DNA from: Candidatus Hadarchaeota archaeon
Lineage (GTDB): Archaea; Hadarchaeota; Hadarchaeia; Hadarchaeales; Hadarchaeaceae
Direction of reading: 5' to 3'
Length of the DNA stretch: 32,000 nt
NCBI GenBank assembly: GCA_964514965.1
Contig: CAZETV010000002.1
Span: forward strand, 60,001 to 92,000
Part shown: positions 1 through 8,522 of the stretch, one piece after another
Layout: each line of letters begins with the position of its first letter
Position numbering within the stretch: the stretch's first letter is position 1
Position numbers and translations under genes: made by a program
Notes under the pieces: generated by a model
What the model saw: only the letters and a program-made list of their open reading frames with translations
The model's database searches: none
What the model was told of the DNA's origin: nothing

Positions 1-2
1 TT

Positions 3-227
3 TCTGTTCCGATTACCGACTTCTGGCGTGACGAGGTAACACTAATGACTTCATACGGCGCGGGGCCCGGGGATATCAAAGACGCACTGAAACTGATTAG
101 CGAGCATAAGGCGAATATTCACGAGATGATCACCCACCGGTTAAGTTTGGGTGAAGCGGGTCTGGGCTTCAAGCTTGTCGCCGACGCGGGAGAATCTCTG
201 AAAGTGATCATCGAGCCGCAGAGATGA
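3..227 (+). CDS. Zinc-dependent alcohol dehydrogenase family protein, C-terminal fragment (5' end outside window)
   Basis: The frame is open upstream of the listed ATG to the window edge, reading SVPITDFWRDEVTLMTSYGAGPGDIKDALKLI...ITHRLSLGEAGLGFKLV...SLKVIIEP. This is typical of the medium-chain Zn-ADH C-terminus. Confidence 0.75.
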   Translation, partial: SVPITDFWRDEVTLMTSYGAGPGDIKDALKLISEHKANIHEMITHRLSLGEAGLGFKLVADAGESLKVIIEPQR

Positions 228-990
228 TATCGCCCAAGGACTTGCAAACATAGCTGAAATCTGCGCTGGGGTCAAGACCGGGCTTGTATTCTAGGCACGT
301 TAGCCCTTTGAATTTCTCCCGAATAATTTTCAGAACTGGGGCAAAGTTTATGGACCCCTGTCCTAGAGGTCTCGAGTTGGTATCACGTAGCTGAAGTTCT
401 GATATTTTCACGAGGTATTCATTTACAACTCCTACGACATCTTCCCCATTGCTGTGAATGTGCATGGTATCTGCCATCAGTCGTACGTGCTCCGAACCCA
501 CATCTTGAACTAGCCGATAGATTTCAGACACGCTTGGGAGAAAAGTGGTCCTCTCCCTGCCTAATGGTTCGATGGAGGTCAGGATGTTAAATTCCTCGCT
601 GAGCTTGCCAAAATGTTTGAATAGTTCAACGCATCTTTCCCTCGGATTTTCGATTCTCGGTTCTTCGTAGGTGATGGTGGTCACAACATTCTGTGCCCCA
701 ACTTTAGAGGCTATTTTTATTGTTTCTTCCACATGGCGTATAGCGAGTTTCTGATCCTTTTCTTTCGCACTTAGCATTCGTAGGTCATGTAGCAGAAATG
801 CTTGGACAGACATGATGGGAGTTTTAAAATTCGGCAATATTTCTAAAACACTCTTTAATCGCTTTTCATCAAAACCGTCGTTGACCAATTCCAACCACAT
901 TTTACGCGATTCTAATATTCTCAATTTATCTTCTAATGTGTCTCCAGGAACCACGAATTCAACACATCCCCAAGTCACACGTCTCACCAT
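208..990 (-). CDS. Xylose isomerase-like TIM-barrel / sugar phosphate isomerase-epimerase family protein
   Basis: 260-aa ORF with AP_endonuc_2-like motifs: TIEPLGRERTTFL, VRLMADTMHIHSNGED, ISELQLRDTNSRPLGQGSINFAPVLKIIRE, LTCLEYKP. Confidence 0.7.
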   Translation of the reverse strand: MVRRVTWGCVEFVVPGDTLEDKLRILESRKMWLELVNDGFDEKRLKSVLEILPNFKTPIMSVQAFLLHDLRMLSAKEKDQKLAIRHVEETIKIASKVGAQNVVTTITYEEPRIENPRERCVELFKHFGKLSEEFNILTSIEPLGRERTTFLPSVSEIYRLVQDVGSEHVRLMADTMHIHSNGEDVVGVVNEYLVKISELQLRDTNSRPLGQGSINFAPVLKIIREKFKGLTCLEYKPGLDPSADFSYVCKSLGDIISAAR

Positions 991-1066
991 TACGAATAGT
1001 GTGCCTAAGTTATAATTTGGTTAAAATTTATAAGTAGATTGATAATTTTCAGGGGGGTAAGTCAAG

Positions 1067-1735
1067 ATGGTTCTTAAAATAAGCAAGGGTCTGGTGGAGC
1101 GCTTCCCCGGGCTGCAAGTTTTGGTTGTGCATGTTAACGGGGCAAGGGTTGAAAAAGAAAAAGTCGAGTTGCAGCAGTTCAAAGAAGAGGTAGTTGAAGA
1201 GATGAAGCAGACATACGACCTTGCAACGGTAAAAGATGTTCCAATTTTCAGGGCGTACAGGGACTTCTTTTGGCGCATCGGCATCGACCCAACGAAAAAC
1301 AGACCCGCAGCTGAGGCGCTCATCCGAAGAGTTCTGGCCGGAAAGCCGTTACCCAACATAAACACGCTCGTTGATGCGTATAATTTAGCCTCGATCAAAA
1401 CATGCATCGCGATAGGCGCATTTGACGCGAGCCGCATCCGTGGGAACCTTGCGCTACGGCTGGCGCGCAAGGGTGAGGAATTTACAGGTATAGGTATGGA
1501 AAAACCAATGGTGCTTGATGGCAAAGAAGCGGTAGTGTCAGATTCAGAGAAGTTAATCGCGGTCTACCCATATCGAGATGCCGATGATACAAAGGTGACC
1601 TTATTGACGAGAGACGTTCTTCTGCTCATCTGTGGGGCTCCGAGGATATATGAAGAGGTACTGAAAAACGCTGGGCGAACCACAGTCGGCTATATAACAA
1701 GATTTTGTGGTGGTGAAGGGGGAACTGAAACTTGA
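1067..1735 (+). CDS. B3/B4 tRNA-binding domain protein (PheRS beta-like)
   Basis: 222-aa ORF containing GIDPTKNRPAAEALIRRVLAGKPLPNINTLVDAYNLASIKTCIAIGAFDASRI and later DADDTKVT, characteristic of B3_4 domain proteins. Confidence 0.75.
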   Translation: MVLKISKGLVERFPGLQVLVVHVNGARVEKEKVELQQFKEEVVEEMKQTYDLATVKDVPIFRAYRDFFWRIGIDPTKNRPAAEALIRRVLAGKPLPNINTLVDAYNLASIKTCIAIGAFDASRIRGNLALRLARKGEEFTGIGMEKPMVLDGKEAVVSDSEKLIAVYPYRDADDTKVTLLTRDVLLLICGAPRIYEEVLKNAGRTTVGYITRFCGGEGGTET

Positions 1736-2478
1736 AGCGAGATTTCAAGGCGGTGCTATTCGATTTAGATGAAACTCTCACAGATTCGTCCACTGGCTTG
1801 GACGCAACACATCGCGCGGTGGCGAAGAGTTTGCACAATTACCTCCGTCAACACGGGATCGAGGTGAACGAAACCACCCTGCGTTCGAAGCTCAACATAT
1901 TCGACGACAAAATGAATATCGAAACGAAATACGACAGGGACGAGTGGTGGCCAGAGCTACTCGCCGAACTCGGGTTGAAGCAAGAGGTGCCCCGCCAGAT
2001 AGCAGAGGAGATGACGCGACTTTACTGGACCACATATTCCAACGCGGATACTCCTTACGCAGATGCGGAACCGACTTTGAGTTATCTAAAGCAAAAAGGT
2101 TACAAACTGGGCCTCATCACGGACACGGATGGAAAGCCGGGGATTAAGAGTGAACGAATAAAACATTTCAGTTTCATCGGGCTTTTCGATGTGGTGGTCA
2201 TTAGTGGTGAAGACACCTCTGAAACGAAGACTAGCCCGGAGCCATTTTTATTTGCCGCGTCAAAGCTGGGTTTGCCCGCGAGCAAATGCGTTTTTGTCGG
2301 AGATAAGCCTTTCACCGACATCAAAGGCGCAAAAGCTGCTGGCATGTGGACTATTTTAGTGAATCGAAGGGATTGGGGCATAGGCGAGCGAGCAGATTTC
2401 ATCGTCAATTCTTTGGCTGAAATTCCCCGTATACTAGATGCAAATAGAAAATTTTATAACAAAAACATGCCACCTTGA
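1732..2478 (+). CDS. HAD-superfamily hydrolase
   Basis: FDLDETL (motif I), LGLITDTDG (motif II), KTSPEPFLFAASKLG and VFVGDKPFTDIKGAKAAGM (motifs III/IV). It overlaps the upstream CDS by 4 nt. Confidence 0.8.
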   Translation: MKRDFKAVLFDLDETLTDSSTGLDATHRAVAKSLHNYLRQHGIEVNETTLRSKLNIFDDKMNIETKYDRDEWWPELLAELGLKQEVPRQIAEEMTRLYWTTYSNADTPYADAEPTLSYLKQKGYKLGLITDTDGKPGIKSERIKHFSFIGLFDVVVISGEDTSETKTSPEPFLFAASKLGLPASKCVFVGDKPFTDIKGAKAAGMWTILVNRRDWGIGERADFIVNSLAEIPRILDANRKFYNKNMPP

Positions 2479-2481
2479 ATC

Positions 2482-3570
2482 ATGCACAAAAAAATTTTGA
2501 GATATCCGACCGAGCCTCTTGAGGTCTGGCCGGAACGAAAAGTCAGCGAACTAACAAAAGGGATGTTGGAAACAGGATTTCAGGGAAAAAAGTTGGCCGA
2601 GACGGTTGAAGTCTGGGCTGGAATGCTTCGGAAGAAAAATGTTGTGATCTGGCTCGGTTTGTCGGGAGCTATGGTTCCCGCAGGAATGAGACGGCTTGTA
2701 TCTTACTTAATCAAGCGGCGCATGGTCGATGCCGTGGTCAGCACCGGAGCAAATCTCTATCACGATGCCTACGAAGCCAAGGGAAAGAAACACTATGTCG
2801 GTACCCACCTGATTGACGATGTGAAGTTAAGGAGATACAAAGTGGATAGAATTTACGACATCTTCGCGGACGAAGATGGATTTTACAAGTTCGATAATTG
2901 GGTAGAGAAGAGTTTTGCATATGGCTTGAAAGATAACTACCCTTACTCCTCCCGTGAACTCATGTTTCTTCTCGGAAAAACCTTGAGTAAAGTTGGTAGA
3001 GAAAAGGACTCAATTTTGGTGAGTGCGTATCGTAAGGGGGTCCCAATATTTTCCCCGGCCCTGAACGATAGCGCCCTCGGTTTTTCGATAATGTTCGCCA
3101 ATCGAAGAGGCCGTAGGGTGAAGACGGGGAAGACTGCCCGCTACCTCCGCAAAAAAATATTGATTGACGCGCTCAAAGATGTAGAGGAGAGCTCCCGCAT
3201 CACTGAAAAAGCAAAACTAACTGGCGTGGTCTATCTTGGGGGCGGAACACCCAAGAATTTCATCCAGCAGACGGCGGTCATAGCCAGCTATCAGACCCGT
3301 CATGACCGTAGCCACAACTACGCAATCCAGATAACGACGGACTCTCCACATTGGGGCGGACTATCGGGTTGCACTTTCGAAGAAGCGCAATCTTGGGGGA
3401 AGGTAAATCAGCATGCGGGAAAGGTAATGTGTTTTTCGGACGTGACGATCGCCTTGCCGATCATCGTACATGCGCTCAGCGAGAAGTTCAAGCGGTTGAC
3501 GAGGGAAGTGCCGGTTTTCAATTGGAACAAAGATGGCGTGGACATAACTTACGAGAAAATGAGGCTGTAA
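2482..3570 (+). CDS. dys: Deoxyhypusine synthase
   Basis: Contains VIWLGLSGAMVPAGMR, VSTGANLYHDAYEA, GVVYLGGGTPKNFIQQ and HNYAIQITTDSPHWGGLSGCTFEEAQSWGK, which are DHS hallmark segments. Confidence 0.9.
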   Translation: MHKKILRYPTEPLEVWPERKVSELTKGMLETGFQGKKLAETVEVWAGMLRKKNVVIWLGLSGAMVPAGMRRLVSYLIKRRMVDAVVSTGANLYHDAYEAKGKKHYVGTHLIDDVKLRRYKVDRIYDIFADEDGFYKFDNWVEKSFAYGLKDNYPYSSRELMFLLGKTLSKVGREKDSILVSAYRKGVPIFSPALNDSALGFSIMFANRRGRRVKTGKTARYLRKKILIDALKDVEESSRITEKAKLTGVVYLGGGTPKNFIQQTAVIASYQTRHDRSHNYAIQITTDSPHWGGLSGCTFEEAQSWGKVNQHAGKVMCFSDVTIALPIIVHALSEKFKRLTREVPVFNWNKDGVDITYEKMRL

Positions 3571-3584
3571 CATAAACTGAAAAC

Positions 3585-3610
3585 CATAAGTATTTCTATT
3601 TTTACTTATG
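3585..3610. terminator. Short inverted repeat downstream of dys
   Basis: CATAAGTA (3585-3592), 10-nt T-rich loop, TACTTATG (3603-3610); perfect 8-bp arms just past the dys stop. Confidence 0.3.
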
Positions 3611-3708
3611 CTGGATGTCTAAAAGGAATTAGGCTATATTTATGTAAAAGCCAAAGTAGACCAGAATCTTTAAGAACTACATGGAAACTATTTTTAAATG
3701 AAAGTTTT

Positions 3709-3840
3709 ATGGCTAAGAAAAAGAAAGGCGTTGCCGAAAAAAGCGGCGAAGTTGCAGGCAAGGGTATGCAAAAAGGCTGGAGCATTGCTAAAGGTTTTGG
3801 GAAAGGGTTAAAGAAAGGCTTAAAGAAAAAGAAAAAATAA
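3709..3840 (+). CDS. Small Gly/Lys-rich basic protein, 43 aa
   Basis: Not in the supplied track. ATG at 3709 and TAA at 3838-3840 encode MAKKKKGVAEKSGEVAGKGMQKGWSIAKGFGKGLKKGLKKKKK. An AT-rich TATA-like stretch (TATTTTTAAA) lies just upstream. Confidence 0.5.
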   Translation: MAKKKKGVAEKSGEVAGKGMQKGWSIAKGFGKGLKKGLKKKKK

Positions 3841-3899
3841 AAACCGCTCGGCAAGTCAAATAAGCGTCGGGAAGCATTCGCAAATTAGACCTTTTGCCA

Positions 3900-4427
3900 T
3901 CAATGGAGCCCATATCCTCCGGTTATCGGGTCCTGAAAAATCGGCAAGTGAAGCGGATAAAAAGTGAAAATTACGAATAACACGGCTAAAAGAATTAAAG
4001 CGACCAGGAAAATTTTACCCCACGTTTTAGGAAATTTTTTTGAAATCAACAACTTATAACTCACAAATTGGCCTATTACGACGGCGATGACGAAAGTAAG
4101 AATATCAATTGCAAACACACTTTCCCCGAGAATGGCCGTGTAAGAATAGAAGAGAACTGCTATGATTGTCGGCATTAAATAGATGCCAACCCCTTTCGCA
4201 AATAAAAAGTTCTGATTTGCTTTCAAGGGTCTGTATTCTATAATGGCGAAAAACAATGCCGGCCAAAAAGCCAGTTTCAGATGCTCCCACACGCTTTCGT
4301 TTACAGACGAAAATATCCCGACAACTGCCTGATGGTCTGACAACTCGAAAGTGAAATGTAGCAAACTCCCTAAGATTATTATAAAAACTATTCCCGCCAA
4401 CTCATAGACTAAAACAATCCTTTTCAT
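3900..4427 (-). CDS. Multi-pass membrane protein (DUF6512-like)
   Basis: 175 aa with several hydrophobic segments and the motif VGIFSSVNESVWEHLKLAFWPALFFAIIEY. Confidence 0.6.
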   Translation of the reverse strand: MKRIVLVYELAGIVFIIILGSLLHFTFELSDHQAVVGIFSSVNESVWEHLKLAFWPALFFAIIEYRPLKANQNFLFAKGVGIYLMPTIIAVLFYSYTAILGESVFAIDILTFVIAVVIGQFVSYKLLISKKFPKTWGKIFLVALILLAVLFVIFTFYPLHLPIFQDPITGGYGLH

Positions 4428-4553
4428 GATTAAACTCTCGAAATATGCTCCAGATTATTATATGCTTTCCAAGTAATTTAAATTTTGCAATAGAAGCACC
4501 GGAGAAAGTTCCCAACAAACAGCTCTTTGGCCGCACCAATTTGGGCCACGGCT

Positions 4554-5360
4554 TTACCGTCTTCGAAAAGCTGAGAGTATCCAAAAGAACAGTAAAATAG
4601 TGAAGAAAGACGACCCCCCGAAAAACACTCCGCCTCCATCGCTCGGAGCCGACGCCTTGGACTCACCCGCTGCGTGGACGTTTTCATAGTCAATCTCGTA
4701 CACGGCGAGGTCGGAACGCATCAACTTGGAAGGAGTCCACCCGAGCGGGTTCGTCCGCCCCGTGGCCTCGGCCCATATCCAGCCGCTCTTGCCATCAAGG
4801 CTCCAGTAGGCGTTCGCGCCTGGGTAGTCAGGCAGGTAAACGAGCGCTGCGGCGTGTTCTGGGGCAAGCACCACGGCCGATTGGAGACCAGCTGCTTTGA
4901 ACATCACCGCAAGTAGGACAGCATAGTCCTCGCAATCGCCGCGGGAAGAGCCAGCTGATTCGATGTCCTTGGCCATCTCGTCGGCGTTAATTGCAAAATC
5001 ATCGTAGCCGAACTGAACCGCGTCAGAGGTGTAGGTCACATTGTCTCGAGCATAGGTGAAGATTCGCTCTGCAAGCTCGTTTTTATCCGAGTACTCATTT
5101 TTAAACCTCTCGCCGACCGCCCATGCAATGTCTGTAAGCTGGAGGTTCTCTCCTATGCTCTCGAACGCGATTGCCGGACGGAAAGTCGAATCGGTGACTT
5201 GAAAGAACCCATTATCCCCCCAGCTCCTGGTCCGGCAGATGTTCCAGTTGTCATACACCTCCCCGTTTCTCTCGGAGTAGCTCGACGGATTTGCGAAGCA
5301 AGAACCTGCTGAGGCAAGCAATGTTAGCATCAGGAGCCCGACCAATGCGAGCTTTTTCAT
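4554..5360 (-). CDS. Secreted transglutaminase-like cysteine-peptidase-fold protein with C-terminal membrane anchor
   Basis: N-terminal signal peptide (MKKLALVGLLMLTLLASAGSCFA), core motifs SSRGDCEDYAVLLAVMF, HAAALVYLP and WIWAEAT, and a C-terminal GGG - hydrophobic stretch - RRR. Confidence 0.7.
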   Translation of the reverse strand: MKKLALVGLLMLTLLASAGSCFANPSSYSERNGEVYDNWNICRTRSWGDNGFFQVTDSTFRPAIAFESIGENLQLTDIAWAVGERFKNEYSDKNELAERIFTYARDNVTYTSDAVQFGYDDFAINADEMAKDIESAGSSRGDCEDYAVLLAVMFKAAGLQSAVVLAPEHAAALVYLPDYPGANAYWSLDGKSGWIWAEATGRTNPLGWTPSKLMRSDLAVYEIDYENVHAAGESKASAPSDGGGVFFGGSSFFTILLFFWILSAFRRR

Positions 5361-5368
5361 TAGAACAC

Positions 5369-5842
5369 CTAGATGGCGGCTGCGAAAGCGGCGTGGGTGA
5401 TGAGCCCTAGGAAGACGAAGTAGCCGAGGACGTAGAGCCCGGTCCCCAAGGAGCTTTCGCGAAGGCGGCTGAAGGGTATCTTGGGAGTCAGCCGGTCGAG
5501 AAGGTTGAACATCCCGACGGCGAGGAGCAGGCTAATGGCGAAGGCGACGATAATCAACCCGAGCCTCCGCATGATCAAGTCCAAGTCAAACGACCCTCCG
5601 GGAAGTGTGGTCACGGCGCCGTGAATCACCAGCCCGATGTAGACGAGGAAGCCCGAGATGAACATGCCCACCGAGCGCGGGTCCTTCCCCATCAACTCCC
5701 GCTCGTGGATTCGCGGGGTCAGGGCATCGAGCACCCGCAGGCCCAGCCACCCCAGGAAAAAGCATATCAGCGTGAAGAAGACTACCTTGACGACCCAATA
5801 CGCCACGAGTTCCCAGAATTCCACTCCAACACCAACCTTCAT
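5369..5842 (-). CDS. Four-TM membrane protein, possibly DUF350-like
   Basis: 157 aa with four hydrophobic segments and an internal repeat (LRVLDALTPRI.. / FNLLDRLTPKI..). Ends 8 nt before the transglutaminase-like gene on the same strand. Confidence 0.5.
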   Translation of the reverse strand: MKVGVGVEFWELVAYWVVKVVFFTLICFFLGWLGLRVLDALTPRIHERELMGKDPRSVGMFISGFLVYIGLVIHGAVTTLPGGSFDLDLIMRRLGLIIVAFAISLLLAVGMFNLLDRLTPKIPFSRLRESSLGTGLYVLGYFVFLGLITHAAFAAAI

Positions 5843-5898
5843 TACGTGGGAAGCAATAAAAGTGTGCTAGCTGCTCGGGCAACTTTAACCGTCAAGAC

Positions 5899-6153
5899 CT
5901 ACTCGATAAGTTTTACGCTCTTGAGCTTTGAAACCACTTCGGAGACCAAGGGTTTGACGCGCTCTTTCTCGGTCTTGGCCTTTGAGGCAATTTCATCTAT
6001 GACTTCTTCCTCGCTTTTACCATCACAGAGTTGCCATACGGCAGCGGCAATCTCGTCGACGCGAAATCCCTGATTTTTCTCATTGACGAGCGCTATTTCA
6101 CCCTTCTCGGTCCGAACAGCGTTGCCCTTGCGCTTCAACTTTTCTTTTTCCAT
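5899..6153 (-). CDS. PqqD-family (RiPP recognition element-like) protein
   Basis: 84 aa: RTEKGEIALVNEKNQGFRVDEIAAAVWQLCDGKSEEEVIDEIA...VKPLVSEVVSKLKSVKLIE matches the PqqD winged-helix pattern. Confidence 0.65.
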   Translation of the reverse strand: MEKEKLKRKGNAVRTEKGEIALVNEKNQGFRVDEIAAAVWQLCDGKSEEEVIDEIASKAKTEKERVKPLVSEVVSKLKSVKLIE

Positions 6154-6276
6154 TTTTACCCAACCGTGTGGGAGAAACGTCTAAGCGAACGCTTAAAAAC
6201 GTTTGGGGTGCTCCGCAACGGCTTTTATCCCCGCTTCTAAAGTCCCTCGCGATGGTCTAAGAATTCAGGTGCCAAC

Positions 6277-6735
6277 ATGATTGTCCTGTTCTGCGGCCCT
6301 CCTGCGTCCGGCAAATCGGCGATAGCTAAGAGGCTCGTGAAGGAGCTGGAGGACTGGAAGCTTATCGTTTCTGACGAGTTCAAGAGAAAAACCTACAAGC
6401 ACATGTTTGTTGAAACTGAAAGGTGGACGGGCAGGGTCAGATATCTAATCTTGGACGGAACTTTCTACATGAAAGAGTGGAGAGACAGAATCAGAGAGAT
6501 TGCTCAGAAGAGGGAGGAGGAAATTTTCACAGTTTATGTTACCTGTTCTTTAGAGACTTGCTTGGAAAGAAACAGACTGAGAAAAGAGCAAATAGAGGAA
6601 AAGGCCGTCAACATTATTTACAACCAGATCGAGAAACCCGAAAAATCAGGTTTATCCCTCGACACGGACGTTTTGAGTGTCGATGAAGCCGTAAGAATGT
6701 TGATGATTGCACTATCCCCCTGCCGTGTTTCTTAA
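6277..6735 (+). CDS. P-loop kinase / AAA-type ATPase (PSTK/adenylylsulfate kinase-like)
   Basis: Walker A GPPASGKSAIAK, an LILDGTFY segment and an RNRLRKEQIEEKA lid-like region. Confidence 0.65.
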   Translation: MIVLFCGPPASGKSAIAKRLVKELEDWKLIVSDEFKRKTYKHMFVETERWTGRVRYLILDGTFYMKEWRDRIREIAQKREEEIFTVYVTCSLETCLERNRLRKEQIEEKAVNIIYNQIEKPEKSGLSLDTDVLSVDEAVRMLMIALSPCRVS

Positions 6736-6823
6736 CTTGCGCAACGGGTTCTCCCCATCTGAATTAGGCAAGAATCGGAGTGTAGATAATGGAGTAACTC
6801 AAGCAGGTTTTCCTTTTAGATGA

Positions 6824-7009
6824 TTAACGCCGAAAAAGCTTCAGCTCCCCCACGGAGGTTTCGAAAGTCCCGCATTTCTGGCATTGCAGCTCAGCCCGTC
6901 CCCCCTCTATTCCTACGGTATGCGCAGGCTTACCACAGTAGGGGCAACGCACGGGCCCGTGAAGCAGTTTTGAAATTCTCATTGCAACCCGGACAGACTT
7001 AGAACTCAT
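6824..7009 (-). CDS. Small zinc-ribbon protein
   Basis: 61 aa with paired cysteines CPYCGK...CQKCGT. Confidence 0.5.
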   Translation of the reverse strand: MSSKSVRVAMRISKLLHGPVRCPYCGKPAHTVGIEGGRAELQCQKCGTFETSVGELKLFRR

Positions 7010-7202
7010 ACTCTACACCTTGAACCAAAAAACACACTGTTGTTACAACTTTATAAATGACACGTTTAACACGTTTTTCTTAAAACCTTAATTTCGTCAC
7101 ACTATCAATGCTGGCTATCGTGAAAACCAAAATTAATAAATGTTGCTCATGGACTTACCGAACAATGGGAAAGCCGAAGATTTTCTTAAGGATAGCCGAA
7201 CT

Positions 7203-7634
7203 TTACTTCTCCGCCTCTTCCTCAAGCGCCCCCGTATGGAGTGTTTCCCATTCTACTTTTCCTTGTTCGACCACGCGCTTGAGCTTTCGTTCGACCGGGC
7301 TCAGAGCTGCAGTTTTACCGGTCTTGACATCGAGAAATATGATTCTTCTTGGCTCCCCCTCCTTGTAGCCATCGAACACCAAATAGTCCACAGGCGAACC
7401 TATGAACCGCGCATCAGCCGGCTCGTGTTTGAACATCGGCAGCAAGGGAGCAAGTTGTTCACCAATCCTGCCTTTAAGCACCGCCCGGCTTCGCTCGAGC
7501 ACCTCTCGCCTGATCCTTTCTTCGAACTCGGCTTTCCATCGTTCGAACTGCACAGCCAGCCGCCCTCGGAGATATGTGTAGGCTAAAAAGATGCCGATCA
7601 AAAGTCCGATGACGAAAACGACTATCTCGATCAT
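7203..7634 (-). CDS. Holliday junction resolvase-related predicted endonuclease, membrane-anchored
   Basis: N-terminal TM (IEIVVFVIGLLIGIFLAYTY), then GRIGEQLAPLLPMFKHEPADARFIGSPVDYLVFDGY...IIFLDVKTGKTA...VERKLKRVVEQGKVEWETL. Confidence 0.75.
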   Translation of the reverse strand: MIEIVVFVIGLLIGIFLAYTYLRGRLAVQFERWKAEFEERIRREVLERSRAVLKGRIGEQLAPLLPMFKHEPADARFIGSPVDYLVFDGYKEGEPRRIIFLDVKTGKTAALSPVERKLKRVVEQGKVEWETLHTGALEEEAEK

Positions 7635-7782
7635 TTGCTCAACCCTTCCCCGCTATTGATTCACGCGGAAGTTAATAGAACCTAATGTTTAGAACTAAGA
7701 CCACATGAATTATTTTACCTAACTCGGCGGCAAGCAAAACAAGTAGCAAATAAATTGATCCCACCTGCATCTTTTTCTCGCT

Positions 7783-7863
7783 TATAAACAACTCCCACGC
7801 AAAGCTTCGGCGGGATGAATGGGGCGAACGCTTTTCCATCGGACGAAAGAGGCGGTAAAAGCT
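7783..7863 (+). repeat. Degenerate copy of the promoter/5' end of the gene at 8523
   Basis: Aligns without gaps to 8487-8567 at roughly 80% identity by hand count. Covers the TATA-like box, the GCGGGATGAATGGGGCG core and the MGRTL(F/H)(H/Y)RTKEAV coding start. Confidence 0.7.
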
Positions 7864-7918
7864 GAGCTCACACGCTCAACACTTGCGCAGAGAGGAGACC
7901 AAAACACTTTTAATTGGT

Positions 7919-7936
7919 GTAAACAAAAATGTTTAC
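7919..7936. promoter_or_regulatory. Palindrome upstream of RHH antitoxin, candidate autoregulatory operator
   Basis: GTAAAC-AAAAAT-GTTTAC, perfect 6-bp arms, ending 8 nt before the antitoxin ATG at 7945. Confidence 0.4.
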
Positions 7937-7944
7937 GTGAAAAA

Positions 7945-8166
7945 ATGCCCCAAGTCCAGCTGAGGGTACCTGAGGGAACGCTTGAAGAACTCGATAAATG
8001 GGTAAAAGAAGGTAGATTCAAAAGCCGCAGCGGCGCGATCAAAACCATCATTGCTTTTTACCAAGAGCGGGAACGAGCGCGCAGCTTCTACAAGATGCTA
8101 GTAGAGCGGAGCCGAGAGGCCAAGAAAAAACCAGAACTCCTCATTCCACTAGGGGAATTAGAGTGA
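7945..8166 (+). CDS. Ribbon-helix-helix antitoxin
   Basis: MPQVQLRVPEGTLEELDKWVKEGRFKSRSGAIKTIIAFYQE is a typical RHH/CopG fold. The listed start at 7819 instead falls in the duplicated MGRTL... remnant. Confidence 0.7.
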   Translation: MPQVQLRVPEGTLEELDKWVKEGRFKSRSGAIKTIIAFYQERERARSFYKMLVERSREAKKKPELLIPLGELE

Positions 8167-8429
8167 GTTTTCAGGTCTTCCTGCATCCCAAGGCGGTGAA
8201 CTCTCTACAAAAGTTAGACAAGCTAATCAGGGGCGAAATAAAAAAGAAGTTGAAGGAGCTGGAAAAGCAGCCCAATTCAGGCAAACGGTTGCGATATTCT
8301 AATTTTTGGGGTTTAAGGGTGGGAGACTTTAGGGTTATCTACGAAATCGATCGTGCCGAAAAAAGAGTGATTGTATTATTCATCGGACACAGGAAAAAAG
8401 TTTACGACGATTTTTCAAGGATATTCTGA
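8163..8429 (+). CDS. RelE/ParE-family toxin
   Basis: PNSGKRLRYSNFWGLRVGDFRVIYEIDRAEKRVIVLFIGHRKKVYDDF. GTG start overlaps the antitoxin stop by 4 nt. Confidence 0.85.
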   Translation: MSFQVFLHPKAVNSLQKLDKLIRGEIKKKLKELEKQPNSGKRLRYSNFWGLRVGDFRVIYEIDRAEKRVIVLFIGHRKKVYDDFSRIF

Positions 8430-8522
8430 TTGAGCTGCTGCTAGCACCATAATCTCCGAAGGATCGCCCCCAACCAATTTCCCCCATATAAATAACCCCC
8501 ACCCAAAGCCTCAGCGGGATGA

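Noticed and set aside
1021-1524. 167-aa minus-strand ORF
   Set aside because: Ser/Thr/Pro-rich shadow of the B3/B4-domain gene on the plus strand.
3606-3854. 82-aa Phe-rich minus-strand ORF (MPSGFYFFFFFKPFFNPF...)
   Set aside because: It is the antisense of lysine-rich codons (AAA/AAG); the plus-strand 43-aa ORF is the more plausible gene.
6200-6230. CTCCGCAACGGCTT near 6210 resembling CCTCCGCGCAACGGCTT near 12290 as a possible repeat
   Set aside because: The match is too short and imperfect to distinguish from chance or shared promoter-proximal sequence.
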